A stretch of DNA of 64,000 bases from an uncultured delta proteobacterium (GCA_963761995.1 CAVXIU010000014.1:13622-77621), one strand, 5' to 3'; counted from the first letter of the stretch, positions 1-10,298 are shown. Program-made: numbers and translations. The notes: generated by a model not told the origin, from the letters alone.

Positions 1-321
1 ACCACTGGCGCTGTCGGCCGCAGTGGGGTGGGTGCGTCGTCCACGGTGCGATGCGGTTGCATTGCGGTGACCTCCCGACCCTCGTGAGGGTGTCGCGCGA
101 GAGGAAGAGGGAACGAGACCCGACGCGTGAACGAATCGGCTCGGCCCCGCGGGTCTCGATCATGGCCTCGAGCTCCGCTCCTCGGCGCGGTCGCGCTTCG
201 GCGGCTCTCGGCTCCGAGGCTGAAGTCCTGCCCGCAGGGTCAGCCAACACCCACACTACTCCCTTCCGGGCCGATAACAAGGAAGCGCCTGCGGCCGCCT
301 GGATAAGAATGCAACAGCGGC
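1..321. repeat. Copy 1 of a ~320-bp direct duplication (other copy 36094-36416), truncated by the window edge
   Basis: Direct reading: ACCACTGGCGCTGTCGGCC...GGATAAGAA(T)GCAACAGCGGC matches 36094-36416 with about a dozen substitutions and 1-bp indels. Confidence 0.95.
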
Positions 322-323
322 TG

Positions 324-353
324 CGGCTAGCGCTCTCGCGCAAAGCAGCACTC
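324..353 (+). repeat. 30-bp palindromic cassette-boundary site #1
   Basis: TCGCGCAAAGCAGCACTC at 336-353, intergenic. Confidence 0.9.
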
Positions 354-377
354 ACGCGCGGATAGCCGATGAGCGGC

Positions 378-1393
378 TCAGCGGCCGCCGAACTGCGCGA
401 TCCAGGACGTGAGCAGGTGCCCCTCGTGCTCGGTGGGGCGGCTCAGGTAGTCCTTCTGGTCATCCGACGTGCCGGGCGCGTGCGCGATCAGCAGCCGCTG
501 GCCGGCGTAGTAGCTGTTGACGCGCGCCAGTTGCTCGGCGTTGAGCTTCGGCGCGCCCTTGGTCTTGGCCTCGCGCACGAGGTCGACCGGCATCTCGAGC
601 TCGGTCGCGATGTCTTCGAGCTTGTTGCTCGCGTCGGCCGCCAGCACGCGCGCGCGCAGGCAGGCCTGCTCTGCGTGGCGCATCTCGTGGTAGATCGTGC
701 CGATGATCTTGCCCATGCTGTCGGCGCCGAGCGTGGCGGGGCGGTCTGGGCAGCCAAGCTTCCACTTCTCGGAGTCGAACTCCGCGCTGGCCGCGCCGAG
801 ATACGTGTCGCGGAACTGCGGGAGGCCGACCCTGGCGAGGTGCTTGTTGCAGAGCTTCATCAACAGCGTCGCGCGCGCCGTCCCGCCGCTGGCCGCGAGG
901 AACTCGTCTTTGAGCGCGTTGCCGTCGGCGACGAACGCCTTGACGCTGGACGGCAGCATCAACCCGGTGAAGCCGAGCTTGGCGAACATCGCGTCGATCT
1001 GGCTCTCGCTGCGCCCGGCCGCGTCAGCCGCCGTCACGAGCGCGTGGGCGACGCGGTAGCCGCGCCGGCTCGAATAGATGGTGTCCGCCAGCCCCCCTCG
1101 CGCCCGACATCGCCTTCGGCCTGCTTGACGAGGTCGGCGCCGCCTGTCGTCTCGATCTTCTTCACGGGCGCCTCGTCGGCTTCCCACGCGGCTGTCTCGC
1201 GTGCCTTCTTGGCCGCCTCGTCCTCGTAGCGCGCGAGCACTTGCCCTAACGCGCGGTTACCGATCTGGCGCTGCCGCGCGACGACCGCGAAGGGCCCGAC
1301 CAGCGACGCCGCTTGCGCTGGAGGGACGCTCACCGCCTCCGCGGCCGGCGTCGAGTCCGCCACCTGCTCGCGAGCGGCAGCCATGGCGGCCAC
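378..1393 (-). CDS. Frameshifted HExxH zinc-metallopeptidase-like protein with an N-terminal QRxxGNxA low-complexity leader
   Basis: ORF 1034..1393 (QRQIGNRALGQVLAR) joins ORF 378..1187 (IYHEMRHAEQ) if one C is added to the C6 run at 1092-1097 (reads EGGLADTIY). Confidence 0.6.
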
Positions 1394-1507
1394 GCTAGCC
1401 GCAGGCGCCGCGCACGTCCAACCTCGCTCAGCTACATGCCGATCCAGATAGGTCCCGGAAGCGCTGCTTCACCGAGGTAGGCAGGCACTCACCCGTCTGC
1501 GGGAGCT

Positions 1508-1537
1508 GAGCGTTGCTCGTCGCGCAAAGGGGCACTT
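1508..1537 (+). repeat. Palindromic site #2
   Basis: TCGCGCAAAGGGGCACTT at 1520-1537. Confidence 0.85.
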
Positions 1538-1583
1538 TTGGTGGGGGTGTTCGCGGCGTCGCGCCCCGTTAGGTTTTTCGGCC

Positions 1584-2375
1584 GTGGACGTCGTTCAGGT
1601 GAGCGGGCTCAGGATCGTGTACGAGCGCGTGGGCGCGGGGCCGCCGCTCGTGCTGGTGCACGGCGCCGGTGACGATGGCCGGGTATGGCAGCCGCAGCTC
1701 GCGGCGCTGGCGGATGAGTTCACGGTGGTCGCTTGGGATGAGCCAGGCGCCGGGCGCTCGGACGATCTGCCTGAGGGCTTCGTCCTGGCGGATTACGCGG
1801 ACTGCCTAGCAGCGGTGATCGACGCGCTCGCGCTTGGCCCGGCGCACGTCGCGGGTCTGTCCTGGGGCGGGACCGTGGTTCTTGAGCTCTACCGGCGCTA
1901 TCCCGAGCAGGTGAGGACGCTGATCCTTGCGGACACCTACGCCGGTTGGAAGGGGTCGCTGCCGGCTGAAGAAGTGTGCGTCCGCGTCGAGGGTCTGCGC
2001 GCGATCTCGGCAGCCGGCGAGCGCTTTGACCCGCCGGGACTGTTCGCCGGCGAGCCTCCGGCTGAGTTCGCTTCGCTGCTTGTGGAGATGGCCGGGACGA
2101 GCCGGCCCGAGAGCTTGGCAGTGCAGGTGGCCGTGATGGCCGAGACGGACCAGCGGGCGCTGCTGCCTGCGATTGCCGTGCCGACCTTGCTGATCTGGGG
2201 CGAAGCCGACACCCGCTCGCCCCTCGGCGTCGCACGCCAATTCGCCGACGCGATCCCCGGCGCCGAGCTCGTCGTCCTCGCGGGAGCCGGGCACCTCAGC
2301 AACCTCGAGCGGCCGCGAGCATTCGCCGGTGCACTCCGGAGCTTCTGTCGCGATCACTCACCGCGTGAAGGCTGA
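1584..2375 (+). CDS. Alpha/beta fold hydrolase
   Basis: GPPLVLVHG, GLSWGG nucleophile elbow, C-terminal GAGHLSNLE. Confidence 0.92.
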   Translation: MDVVQVSGLRIVYERVGAGPPLVLVHGAGDDGRVWQPQLAALADEFTVVAWDEPGAGRSDDLPEGFVLADYADCLAAVIDALALGPAHVAGLSWGGTVVLELYRRYPEQVRTLILADTYAGWKGSLPAEEVCVRVEGLRAISAAGERFDPPGLFAGEPPAEFASLLVEMAGTSRPESLAVQVAVMAETDQRALLPAIAVPTLLIWGEADTRSPLGVARQFADAIPGAELVVLAGAGHLSNLERPRAFAGALRSFCRDHSPREG

Positions 2376-2390
2376 CCGCGCGGGATCGCC

Positions 2391-2420
2391 CAGTGGCGCG
2401 TCTCGCGCAAAGCAGCACTC
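2391..2420 (+). repeat. Palindromic site #3
   Basis: TCGCGCAAAGCAGCACTC at 2403-2420, 28 bp after the hydrolase stop. Confidence 0.9.
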
Positions 2421-2675
2421 GCCTGGCTCGGCTCTGCTCGGCTCTTCGTCCTCGTGCAAGCGGGCGTCTCAGGCACCCGGGCGGAGAGGCTTGTTGTCGA
2501 TCCGAGCGAGCGTCTGTGGCGGGCGACGCGAGACGCTCGCATGCACCGCGTCGCGGCAGCGGCGCCCCCGCCTCCGCTGACGTCGCTTCCGGTCGTCTCT
2601 GGCGACTTCGCTTAGACGCCGGCTCTCACACCGAGACGTGGCTTACGCCGGGCTTGGCTCAGCGGGTCTTTGCGG

Positions 2676-3476
2676 TCACGGGCTGACGCGCCGAAGGAAC
2701 GGCATGACCGTCTGCGCGAGCTCCTGGGGGTGGTCGAGATAGGGAAAGTGCGTTCCGGGCGTCCGTGCGACCTCGACGCCGAGCAGCGCGGCGAGCCGAG
2801 CTGCGGCTTCAGAGAAGAACGCGTGGCTCTGCTCGCTCACGAGAACCTGGATCGGGATGGTGATCGAGGCAAGCGTCTCCTCGTCGGGAAGGTAGGAATC
2901 GAACGCGCCGCTCTCGACGCCGAAGTAGGTATCCGCGCTCGCCAGCATCTCCTTCTGGACGCCCGATTCCAGGCGCTCCCAGTTTGCGTCTCCTGCGCCG
3001 AAGCGAAGGAAGCGCTCGAAGCCCCCCGCTGGCCCTCCTGCCTCCGTGCCCTGCTTCACCAGCTGAGTCAACCGAGTGCGCACGGCTTTCGGGTCATCGA
3101 AGAGTGCGAACAGCCCTGGCTCATGGAGCACTGCGCCGCGCACGGACTCCGGGTGGCGGATCAGCGCCGCAAGCGCGAAGATCCCCGCGCTACTGGTGCC
3201 GAAGATCGCCGCCGGGGCCAGACCGAGGCCCGCGAGCAGCGCGGCCGCGTCATCGGCCTGCTCCTCCGGCGAGGTGGCATTCCAGCCCGCGGGCCTGGGA
3301 CTCTGCCCGTTGCCGCGGCGGTCGTAGGTGACGACCGTGAACTCGTCGGCCAGGAACTCCGCGAACCGCCCAAAAACGCCCCCATACCCGCTGGCACCCA
3401 TCATCAGCAAGAGCGGAGGCCCATCGCCCCTGACCTCGTAGTAGAGCTCTGCCTCATTCGCCCTCTGGAGCGGCAT
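2676..3476 (-). CDS. Alpha/beta fold hydrolase
   Basis: Start taken at MPLQRANEAELYYEVRGDGPPLLL; GTSSAG elbow; GTHFPYLDHP. Confidence 0.9.
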   Translation of the reverse strand: MPLQRANEAELYYEVRGDGPPLLLMMGASGYGGVFGRFAEFLADEFTVVTYDRRGNGQSPRPAGWNATSPEEQADDAAALLAGLGLAPAAIFGTSSAGIFALAALIRHPESVRGAVLHEPGLFALFDDPKAVRTRLTQLVKQGTEAGGPAGGFERFLRFGAGDANWERLESGVQKEMLASADTYFGVESGAFDSYLPDEETLASITIPIQVLVSEQSHAFFSEAAARLAALLGVEVARTPGTHFPYLDHPQELAQTVMPFLRRVSP

Positions 3477-3581
3477 CAATCCCCCGTCCGCAGACTGCGT
3501 TTGCGCCGAACGAGCGTATCCGTTCAGCGCAGCAGCACGCTCGCGCCGGACGACAAGCAGGCGTATCGCATGCGCCGTTCT

Positions 3582-3611
3582 CACTTCCGCTTGTCGCGAA
3601 AAGCAGCACTC
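3582..3611 (+). repeat. Palindromic site #4
   Basis: CCGCTTG-TCGCGAA-AAGCAGCACTC, core at 3594-3611. Confidence 0.9.
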
Positions 3612-3910
3612 GTGCGCGCCGCAGTCGCTGGGCTGGCCGGCTATCGGCGGAACCCCCGCAGGATGTCGCCAAAGGAAGCCAGGAGCTCGGTCGCCCCGAG
3701 GGAAATGATCATCCGCTCCGCCCTTCAGCTGGCACGCCACCGCCGCGTCCGCGTGACCCAATCCCGGGTGCCCGTGTGGCTCTTGACTTCCGCGATTGGA
3801 CGGAGTCGAATGGCATCAAGACGCTGATCGTCCTGCGCCGTTCGGGGGCGAGGAGGTGATGCAGCCCGCCGGTGCAGCCGGAACTCATTCTTGCGAGCAA
3901 GGAGGGGCTG

Positions 3911-4324
3911 ATGATCCCCGAAAGCCGTGCGGACGTAGATCGCGACATGGAGGCGACGCTTGGGCTGGTGCCCGAGTTCTTCAGGCAGGTTCCCGACTAC
4001 CTGATCCCCACCGAGTGGGCGAGCTTCAAGAGCCTCGAGCTCTCCGACCAGACCGCGATCCCGAACAAGTACAAGGAGCTGATCGGGCTCGCCGTATCCG
4101 GCGCGACGCGGTGCCGCTACTGCTGCTACTTCCACACCGAGGCGGCGCGGCTCTTCGGTGCCAGCGAGGACGAGATCACCGAGACGGCGCTGATCGCGAA
4201 GAACACGATGGGCTGGAGCACGTATCTCAACACGCTCCAGTTCGACTACGACCAGTTCGTCGAGGAGTTCGACCAGGTCACGACGCACGTGCGTGACCAG
4301 ATGGCCGCGGGCGCGCCCGCCTGA
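3911..4324 (+). CDS. Carboxymuconolactone decarboxylase / AhpD-like family protein
   Basis: KYKELIGLAVS...CRYCCYFH (CxxC) motif; GGAGG RBS at 3901. Confidence 0.88.
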   Translation: MIPESRADVDRDMEATLGLVPEFFRQVPDYLIPTEWASFKSLELSDQTAIPNKYKELIGLAVSGATRCRYCCYFHTEAARLFGASEDEITETALIAKNTMGWSTYLNTLQFDYDQFVEEFDQVTTHVRDQMAAGAPA

Positions 4325-4355
4325 TTCGCCCCGGCGGCCGGCCTGCTGCGTCGAC

Positions 4356-4700
4356 TCAGCGCCGGTCGCCGTTCGGCGGCGATGCGGACAGTCGCTGACG
4401 GGCCCGATCGAAGTCGGCCAGGACCTGCTCCAGCAGCTCGATGGCGCTCGCAGGAGCGTCGGGAGAGGCGCGCATCGCATCGAGCGCCAGTCGCGCGCCG
4501 GCGACCAGGGCGGAGAGCTCTTGCCCCGTTGCCGTGACCGTGAAGACGTTCTCACGAGCCCGATCCACTCGCACAACGCGATTCTGCCGAATCCGCGCTA
4601 CCGGCGCCGGGCGCTCAGTGCCGCTTCCAGCACTGGCCGGGGGCCGGCGTCGAGCCCGCCGCCGCTGACTCTCCTCCCCGATCGCTCGATCGAACGCCAA
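4356..4700 (-). CDS. Small hypothetical protein (start uncertain, probably shorter)
   Basis: C-terminal part (RVDRARENVFTVTATGQELSALVAG...) reads like a natural protein; no family recognised. Confidence 0.4.
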   Translation of the reverse strand: MAFDRAIGEESQRRRARRRPPASAGSGTERPAPVARIRQNRVVRVDRARENVFTVTATGQELSALVAGARLALDAMRASPDAPASAIELLEQVLADFDRARQRLSASPPNGDRR

Positions 4701-4720
4701 CGGTGTAGCGTTCGCCGGGC

Positions 4721-5734
4721 GTGCCAGATGTCGAGGTGAGCACTCGGATCAGGGCCCGCCTGAGGGAGCTGTTCGAGCGTCATCGTGTCGTCGACCGGGC
4801 TCGCCTGGATCGCTTCTATGACTCCGAGCGCGGCTACTACCCGCCTGAGGAGGCGGGCGATGAGCGCGACCACTTCGCGATCTGCCTGGCATCGGTCGAC
4901 GGCGAGCTGTACTGCGAAGGCGACCACGAGCGGCCGTTCGCGCTCCAGTCGATCTCCAAGGTGTTCGCCTACGCTCTCGCGCTGGCCGACAACCGCCGGG
5001 AGGACGTCCTCGCCCGCGTCGGCGTCGAGCCCAGCGGCGACGCGTTCAACTCGATCGTGTTCGACGAGCGATACCACCGTCCGTACAACCCGATGGTCAA
5101 CGCAGGCGCGCTGGTGACCACCGACCTTGTGCACGGCGCGAGCGGCGAGCGCAAGATCGAGCGACTGCTCGGCGTCATGCAGGCATGCGCGGGCGACACC
5201 GGCCTGGAGGTCAACGAGCGGACGCTCGCGCGCGAGCTGCGCCACGCCGATCGCAATCGCGCCACGGCGTACCTGATGCGCGCTGAGGGGATGCTCGACG
5301 GGGACGTCGAGGAGCTGCTGGCGCTGTACCTGCACCAGTGCTCGGTCGAGGTGACCTGCGCGCAGCTGGCGGTCATGGCAGCCACGCTCGCCAACGGAGC
5401 GGTCAACCCCTTCACCGGCGAGCGCGCGCTCCCACGCGACAGGGTCCGCGACCTTCTGAGCGTCATGTACACGTGCGGTATGTACGACGCCGCCGGGCAG
5501 TGGGCGTACGAGGTCGGCGTGCCGGCCAAGAGCGGCGTCAGCGGAGGCATCCTCGCCGTCGTCCCAGGCAAGATGGGCATCGGCGTCTTCTCGCCAGGTC
5601 TGGACGTCTACGGCAACAGCGTGCGCGGCACAGGCGTCTGTTACGAGATCGCCACCCAGCTCGGCGTCCACGTCTTCGCCGCGGAGGACGAGGACGCCCT
5701 CCTCGGCCCCGGGACGCCGGCGAGCGAGCGCTGA
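4721..5734 (+). CDS. glsA: Glutaminase A
   Basis: FALQSISKVF (SxxK), EPSGDAFNS, NPMVNAGAL, MYTCGMYD, PAKSGVSGG motifs. Confidence 0.95.
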   Translation: MPDVEVSTRIRARLRELFERHRVVDRARLDRFYDSERGYYPPEEAGDERDHFAICLASVDGELYCEGDHERPFALQSISKVFAYALALADNRREDVLARVGVEPSGDAFNSIVFDERYHRPYNPMVNAGALVTTDLVHGASGERKIERLLGVMQACAGDTGLEVNERTLARELRHADRNRATAYLMRAEGMLDGDVEELLALYLHQCSVEVTCAQLAVMAATLANGAVNPFTGERALPRDRVRDLLSVMYTCGMYDAAGQWAYEVGVPAKSGVSGGILAVVPGKMGIGVFSPGLDVYGNSVRGTGVCYEIATQLGVHVFAAEDEDALLGPGTPASER

Positions 5735-5832
5735 GCCACCAACGTGATCAGGGTGGACGACTGTCGCGTCTCGGGGTATTCAGGCGTGGATCCGAGCGGC
5801 GACGCGTTCTCAGCTCGGGTCGCGCGTTCATG

Positions 5833-6657
5833 TCACGCCGCGCGAGGTTCCGCTGGCGCGCGGCCTTCGAGCGTGCCCCAGCTCTGGATCAGGGTGAAGG
5901 TCGTGCCCCATCTACCCGGCTCGGCCAGCTCGGCCTCGGCCTCTTGGCGGAGCAAAGCAAGCTCGTCCGCCGGGAGGACCTCTAGCAGGCGCGATTCGAG
6001 CGCGACGCTGAACTGAAGCAGCATGCGCAGGTAGGGATGCCCCGGCTTGAGCGCGATCACGTGTGCGTCGACCTCCGGCTCCTCGATACCGATCTCGCGG
6101 AGCAATTGGGGAAGTTCGCGACCGGCTTGACCGCCCAAGCCGGCAAAGATGTTGGAGATCAGACGGATCAGACGCTCGGCCGCGGTGGCAGGTGGATTGA
6201 AGTGCCACGAGGCGACATCCCACTCCTCGAGGATCAGTGAGCCACCGGGCTTGACCAGGCGTCGGTGCGCGGCCACCTGTTCACGTCCGCGCCCGAGCGG
6301 AGCGATCTCGTAGCGAGCATGAACGAGATCGAACGATTCCGGCTCCAGGCTGCTGTCGAAGAGATCATCGAGGACCAGTTCGACGTTGGTGATTTCTTCG
6401 TTCTCCAGGAACGACCGAGCGACGTTGAGCATGCTCTCGTCGATGTCGGTGCCCACCACCTGACCGGACGGACCGACCCAGTCGCTGAGGATTCGAAGCC
6501 AGCCCAGGGCTCCGCAACCGACGTCCTGAGCGCGTCGGCCGGATCCGCTCCCAAGCTTCGATAGAAGCTGCCGACCGCTTGGCTCCCACACCAGCGACTG
6601 CAGCCGTAGGCGATCCAGTTCCGACGACTGGTCAGCAAGCAGGTAGTTCTCCATCAC
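5833..6657 (-). CDS. Class I SAM-dependent methyltransferase
   Basis: DVGCGALG motif I, VVGTDID, FDLVHAR, LVKPGG. Confidence 0.9.
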   Translation of the reverse strand: MMENYLLADQSSELDRLRLQSLVWEPSGRQLLSKLGSGSGRRAQDVGCGALGWLRILSDWVGPSGQVVGTDIDESMLNVARSFLENEEITNVELVLDDLFDSSLEPESFDLVHARYEIAPLGRGREQVAAHRRLVKPGGSLILEEWDVASWHFNPPATAAERLIRLISNIFAGLGGQAGRELPQLLREIGIEEPEVDAHVIALKPGHPYLRMLLQFSVALESRLLEVLPADELALLRQEAEAELAEPGRWGTTFTLIQSWGTLEGRAPAEPRAA

Positions 6658-6996
6658 AACACCTTCGTGTTGGGGGGCAGAAATGGTTCAGCGAGCGACG
6701 GGACGCTCCGGGCGAGTCTGGGAGATCCAGCGCATCGAGCACTCGGCGCGGTAAGTCGTGTCGAGGAAGCTGGCGGCGATGGCCACGCAACTCTGCCGCG
6801 TCCCGGCGCGGAGATCATCAGAGGTACCACTGAAATCCGCGACCGACTCCACCGAGCACCGACGGCCACCTCACCGAGCGAACCCGTGGTGTTTGGATGA
6901 CGACGGTCCCCGCCTCGGCCGGCTCGGACGCCTCGTCGAGGCGGGCCGAGCCGGCTGGCCGGGAGCACCGTGAGCGCGCGCATCGCTCCTGTCTGC

Positions 6997-9561
6997 CTAC
7001 TCCTTCAGCCCGATCGCGTCCACAGGCCGAGTTCGGAGCGCGAGCCGGGTCGGGAGCAGGCTTGCCACGAGGCCGAGCAGCGCGGTCCCGCCGAGGAGGC
7101 CCGCCAGCAGCAGCGGCTCGACGTCGGGGAGCGGCGTGCCCGTCAGCGCCTTGCTGAATGGCAGCAGTGAGGCCGCGGCGATCGCCGCGCCGAGCCCGAT
7201 CCCGACGATCACCACGAGCCCGGCCTCCCAGCGCGCCATCCGCGCGAGCTGCCGGGGCGTGGCGCCGACCAGGCGCAGGAGGGCGAGCTCGCGCCCGCGG
7301 GAGAGGGCGATCATCGCCAGCGTGTTCACCGCGGCGATCGCGGTGAAGACGAAGATCAGCCCGGCCAGCACCCGGTTGAGCCACACCACCATCCGCTGCT
7401 TGGCGCCATCGGCGCTGCGCAGCGCGGCCCCGCCGGCCACCCGGACGCCCGGGTGGGCGGCGGCCACCTGCCGCAGCCCGGCCTCGGCGCGGGCGAGCGC
7501 GCCCGGCTCGGTCCGCACGAGCACGGCCGCGGCGAGCGGGTCGGTCGCGTGCGGCGCGGCGAGCGCCCGCGGGAGCAGGAACTCGCCGAACCCGAGCGAG
7601 CGCTCGTAGGTCGCGACGACCCGCAGGCGGGCCCGCGTGCCGTCGCCGAGCGCGACGGCGACCCGGTCGCCGACCGCGACGTGCGCGAGCTCCGCGCGCC
7701 GCGCGCCGAGCGCAATCGCGTTGCCGTGCAGGTCGGCGAGCGAGCCCGAGCGGACGTCGAGGTCGAGCGTCCGCGTCAGCCCGGTCGCGTCGGCCATCTG
7801 CGCGGCCTCCGACACGTATCCCGAGCCGAGGCTCTCGTTGCCGAGCGGCAGGATGCCGGTCGAGCTGATCCCGGTCGCAGCCGCGACGCCCGGCAGCGCC
7901 CGGGCCTGCTGCACCGCGCTCTCGGGCACACCGCCCGGAGCGCTGAGCACGAGCTGGGCGAGCTGCCGGTCGTCCGTCTGGCGCGCTGTCTCGTGGCTCT
8001 GGGTCGTGCCGGAGAACAGCAGCGTGCCGCCCATCGCGACCGCGAGCACGAGCGGCGTCATGGCGGAGGCGACCCGCCGCGGAGCCGTGCGCGTCGCGGC
8101 GGTGGCGAGGAAGCCGCCCACGGGCGAGACGCGTGCGACGAGGCGCCCGGGCACCACCGAGGCGGCGCGCGCCACCAGCGGACCGAGCAGCGACACGGCG
8201 ATCACGAGCACGAGTGCCACGGCGCCGGCGGCGGCGATCGCGGTGTCCGGGTCCCGCGACGCCAGCGCCACGTTGAGCGCGATCGCACCGCCGGCGGCCG
8301 CGGCGAGGCCGGCCACGAGCCGCCGCCGCCCGATCATGCGCGGCTCGACCGCGGCCTCCTGCAGCGCGCGGGTGGGCGCGACCCTCGCGGCTCGGCGCGA
8401 CCCGGCCCAGGCGGCGACCAGCGCGGCGAGCGCGGTCGAGACGACGGTGACGAGCGCCGGCAGCACGCCCGCGGAGACCGCCATCCCCTCGGGCGCGAGC
8501 CCACGCTGCGAGAACGCGTCGATGAGGGCATGGGCGAGCGCGACGCCCGGGAGGTAGCCCGCCGCCGACGCGGCGAGTGCGAGCACGATCGCCTCCCAGC
8601 GCAGCATCCGGCGAACCTGTCGCGGCGTGGCGGCGATCGCCCGCAACAGCGCGATCTCGCGCTCGCGGAGCTGGATGGCCAGGCCGAGCGTGCCGGCGAT
8701 CACGAACAGCGCGATGACCAGCGCGAGCACGCCGAACATGCCGGTGACCGCCATCAGGCCCTCGCGGGCGTCGGCGAACTCGAGGAACTCCGGGCCGCCG
8801 CGACGATCCCCGGTGAGGACCGAGACACCCGGCCCGGCGACGCGGCGCGCGCCCGCGGCGACCGCCGCGGTGTCGGCGCCGCGCTCGGTGAGGAGCGCGA
8901 TCGCGTCGGCGCGGCCGGGGTGGCCGGCGAGGCGCGCGGCCTCGGCGTCGGACACGAAGACCGCCGCCTGGCGCTCGAGCGCCGACGCCGACCCGGCGAT
9001 GCCGACGATCGTGTACGCCCGCGCGGGGGCGAGCGACGCGAGCCGCACATGCGCGCCGACCCGCAGGCCGCCGCGCCGGGCGAGCCCCGCGTCGACCACG
9101 AGCTCCCCGGGCCGCGAGGGTGCGCGGCCCGAGCGCAGCGCGAGCGGGGTCAGCTCGGCGCTCGACCAGCCGTGGGCGAAGGTGTCGTGCCCATCCGGGC
9201 CCGGCACCGCCCCGTCGGCCCCGAGGACCTGCGTGCGGACGGAGACGTCCTGCACGACGCGGCGGACGCCCGGCACCGCGGCGAGCCGTCCGGCGAGCGC
9301 GGAGGAGATGCGGACGCGCTCGGACAGCAGCACGTCCTCCGAGTCGATCTCGTTGACCCGATGATGGAGCGTCTGCTTGCCCGCCACGACGACGGGGGCG
9401 CCCGCGTACCGCTCGGGCGTCGGCGCGCTGCGCACGCCGGAGGCGAGCAGGACGCCGGACGCGGTGACGAGCACCGCGGCGAAGAAGAGGGCGGCGGCAG
9501 CGCCGGCGAAGGCGCTGCGGTGACCGCGGATTCCGAGGAGCGCGAGGCGGAGCATGCTCAC
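6997..9561 (-). CDS. FtsX/MacB-family ABC transporter permease (two FtsX domains)
   Basis: Multiple TM segments; REIALLRAIAATPRQV and RELALLRLVGATPRQL motifs. Confidence 0.92.
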   Translation of the reverse strand: MSMLRLALLGIRGHRSAFAGAAAALFFAAVLVTASGVLLASGVRSAPTPERYAGAPVVVAGKQTLHHRVNEIDSEDVLLSERVRISSALAGRLAAVPGVRRVVQDVSVRTQVLGADGAVPGPDGHDTFAHGWSSAELTPLALRSGRAPSRPGELVVDAGLARRGGLRVGAHVRLASLAPARAYTIVGIAGSASALERQAAVFVSDAEAARLAGHPGRADAIALLTERGADTAAVAAGARRVAGPGVSVLTGDRRGGPEFLEFADAREGLMAVTGMFGVLALVIALFVIAGTLGLAIQLREREIALLRAIAATPRQVRRMLRWEAIVLALAASAAGYLPGVALAHALIDAFSQRGLAPEGMAVSAGVLPALVTVVSTALAALVAAWAGSRRAARVAPTRALQEAAVEPRMIGRRRLVAGLAAAAGGAIALNVALASRDPDTAIAAAGAVALVLVIAVSLLGPLVARAASVVPGRLVARVSPVGGFLATAATRTAPRRVASAMTPLVLAVAMGGTLLFSGTTQSHETARQTDDRQLAQLVLSAPGGVPESAVQQARALPGVAAATGISSTGILPLGNESLGSGYVSEAAQMADATGLTRTLDLDVRSGSLADLHGNAIALGARRAELAHVAVGDRVAVALGDGTRARLRVVATYERSLGFGEFLLPRALAAPHATDPLAAAVLVRTEPGALARAEAGLRQVAAAHPGVRVAGGAALRSADGAKQRMVVWLNRVLAGLIFVFTAIAAVNTLAMIALSRGRELALLRLVGATPRQLARMARWEAGLVVIVGIGLGAAIAAASLLPFSKALTGTPLPDVEPLLLAGLLGGTALLGLVASLLPTRLALRTRPVDAIGLKE

Positions 9562-10298
9562 GCCCCCAGGTGCGTCATGCGCTCGGCGACAACGTCCGCG
9601 GTGGGCGCGTCGTCAGCGGCCACGATCGCGCCGTCGGCGAGGTAGAGGACCCGGTCCGCATAGGCCGCGGCCCGTGGGTCGTGCGTGACCATGACGACGG
9701 TCTGGCCGACGGCGTCGACGACGTGGCGCAGGAGGTCGAGGATGTCGCCGCCCGTGCGCGTGTCGAGCGCGCCGGTCGGCTCGTCGGCGAACACGACATC
9801 CGGCCGCGTGAGCAGGGCGCGGGCGATCGCGACGCGCTGCTGCTGGCCGCCCGAGAGCTGCCCGGGGCGGTGCTTGAGGCGCTTCTCGAGCCCGACCCGC
9901 TCGACGATCTCGCGCTTCCAGGCACGGTCGGGGCGTTGGCCGGCGAGCCGCAGCGGAAGCCCCATGTTCTGCTCGACCGTCAGCGACGGCATGAGGTTGA
10001 ACGCCTGGAAGATGAAGCCGACGCGCTCGCGCCGCAGGGCGGTGCGCTTGGCCTCGCTGAGGCCGCCGACGTCGACGCCTCCGAGCCGCACGTTGCCGGA
10101 GGTGGGTGTATCGAGCCCGGCCGCGAGGTGGAGGAACGTGCTCTTGCCGGAGCCGGAGGGGCCCATGACGGCGGTGAAGCTGCCGCTGCGGAGCCCGAGG
10201 GACACGTCGTCGAGTGCGACGACGGCGCCTTCGCCGCGGCCGTAGACCTTGCTGACGTGGTCGAGCCGGACGGCGTCGTTGATTGCGGTGATGGTCAT
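9558..10298 (-). CDS. ABC transporter ATP-binding protein (LolD/MacB type)
   Basis: GPSGSGKST Walker A, LSGGQQQRV signature, VFADEPTG Walker B; start MTITAINDAV. Confidence 0.95.
   Translation of the reverse strand: MTITAINDAVRLDHVSKVYGRGEGAVVALDDVSLGLRSGSFTAVMGPSGSGKSTFLHLAAGLDTPTSGNVRLGGVDVGGLSEAKRTALRRERVGFIFQAFNLMPSLTVEQNMGLPLRLAGQRPDRAWKREIVERVGLEKRLKHRPGQLSGGQQQRVAIARALLTRPDVVFADEPTGALDTRTGGDILDLLRHVVDAVGQTVVMVTHDPRAAAYADRVLYLADGAIVAADDAPTADVVAERMTHLGA

Noticed and set aside
1092-1097. Programmed frameshift or phase variation at the C6 run
   Set aside because: A 6-mer run is short and common at this GC content, and indel error or simple mutation is more parsimonious.
6726-6744. Possible extra degenerate palindromic sites (6728, 13964, 23266, 23328, 24320)
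   Set aside because: Only partial right-arm or spacer matches; too weak to count without a profile search.
7453-9645. Long antisense ORFs (e.g. 7453..9645 +, 42286..44064 +, 55182..57071 +, 10346..11572 -)
   Set aside because: These are shadow ORFs opposite recognisable genes, expected at this GC content, and show no motifs.
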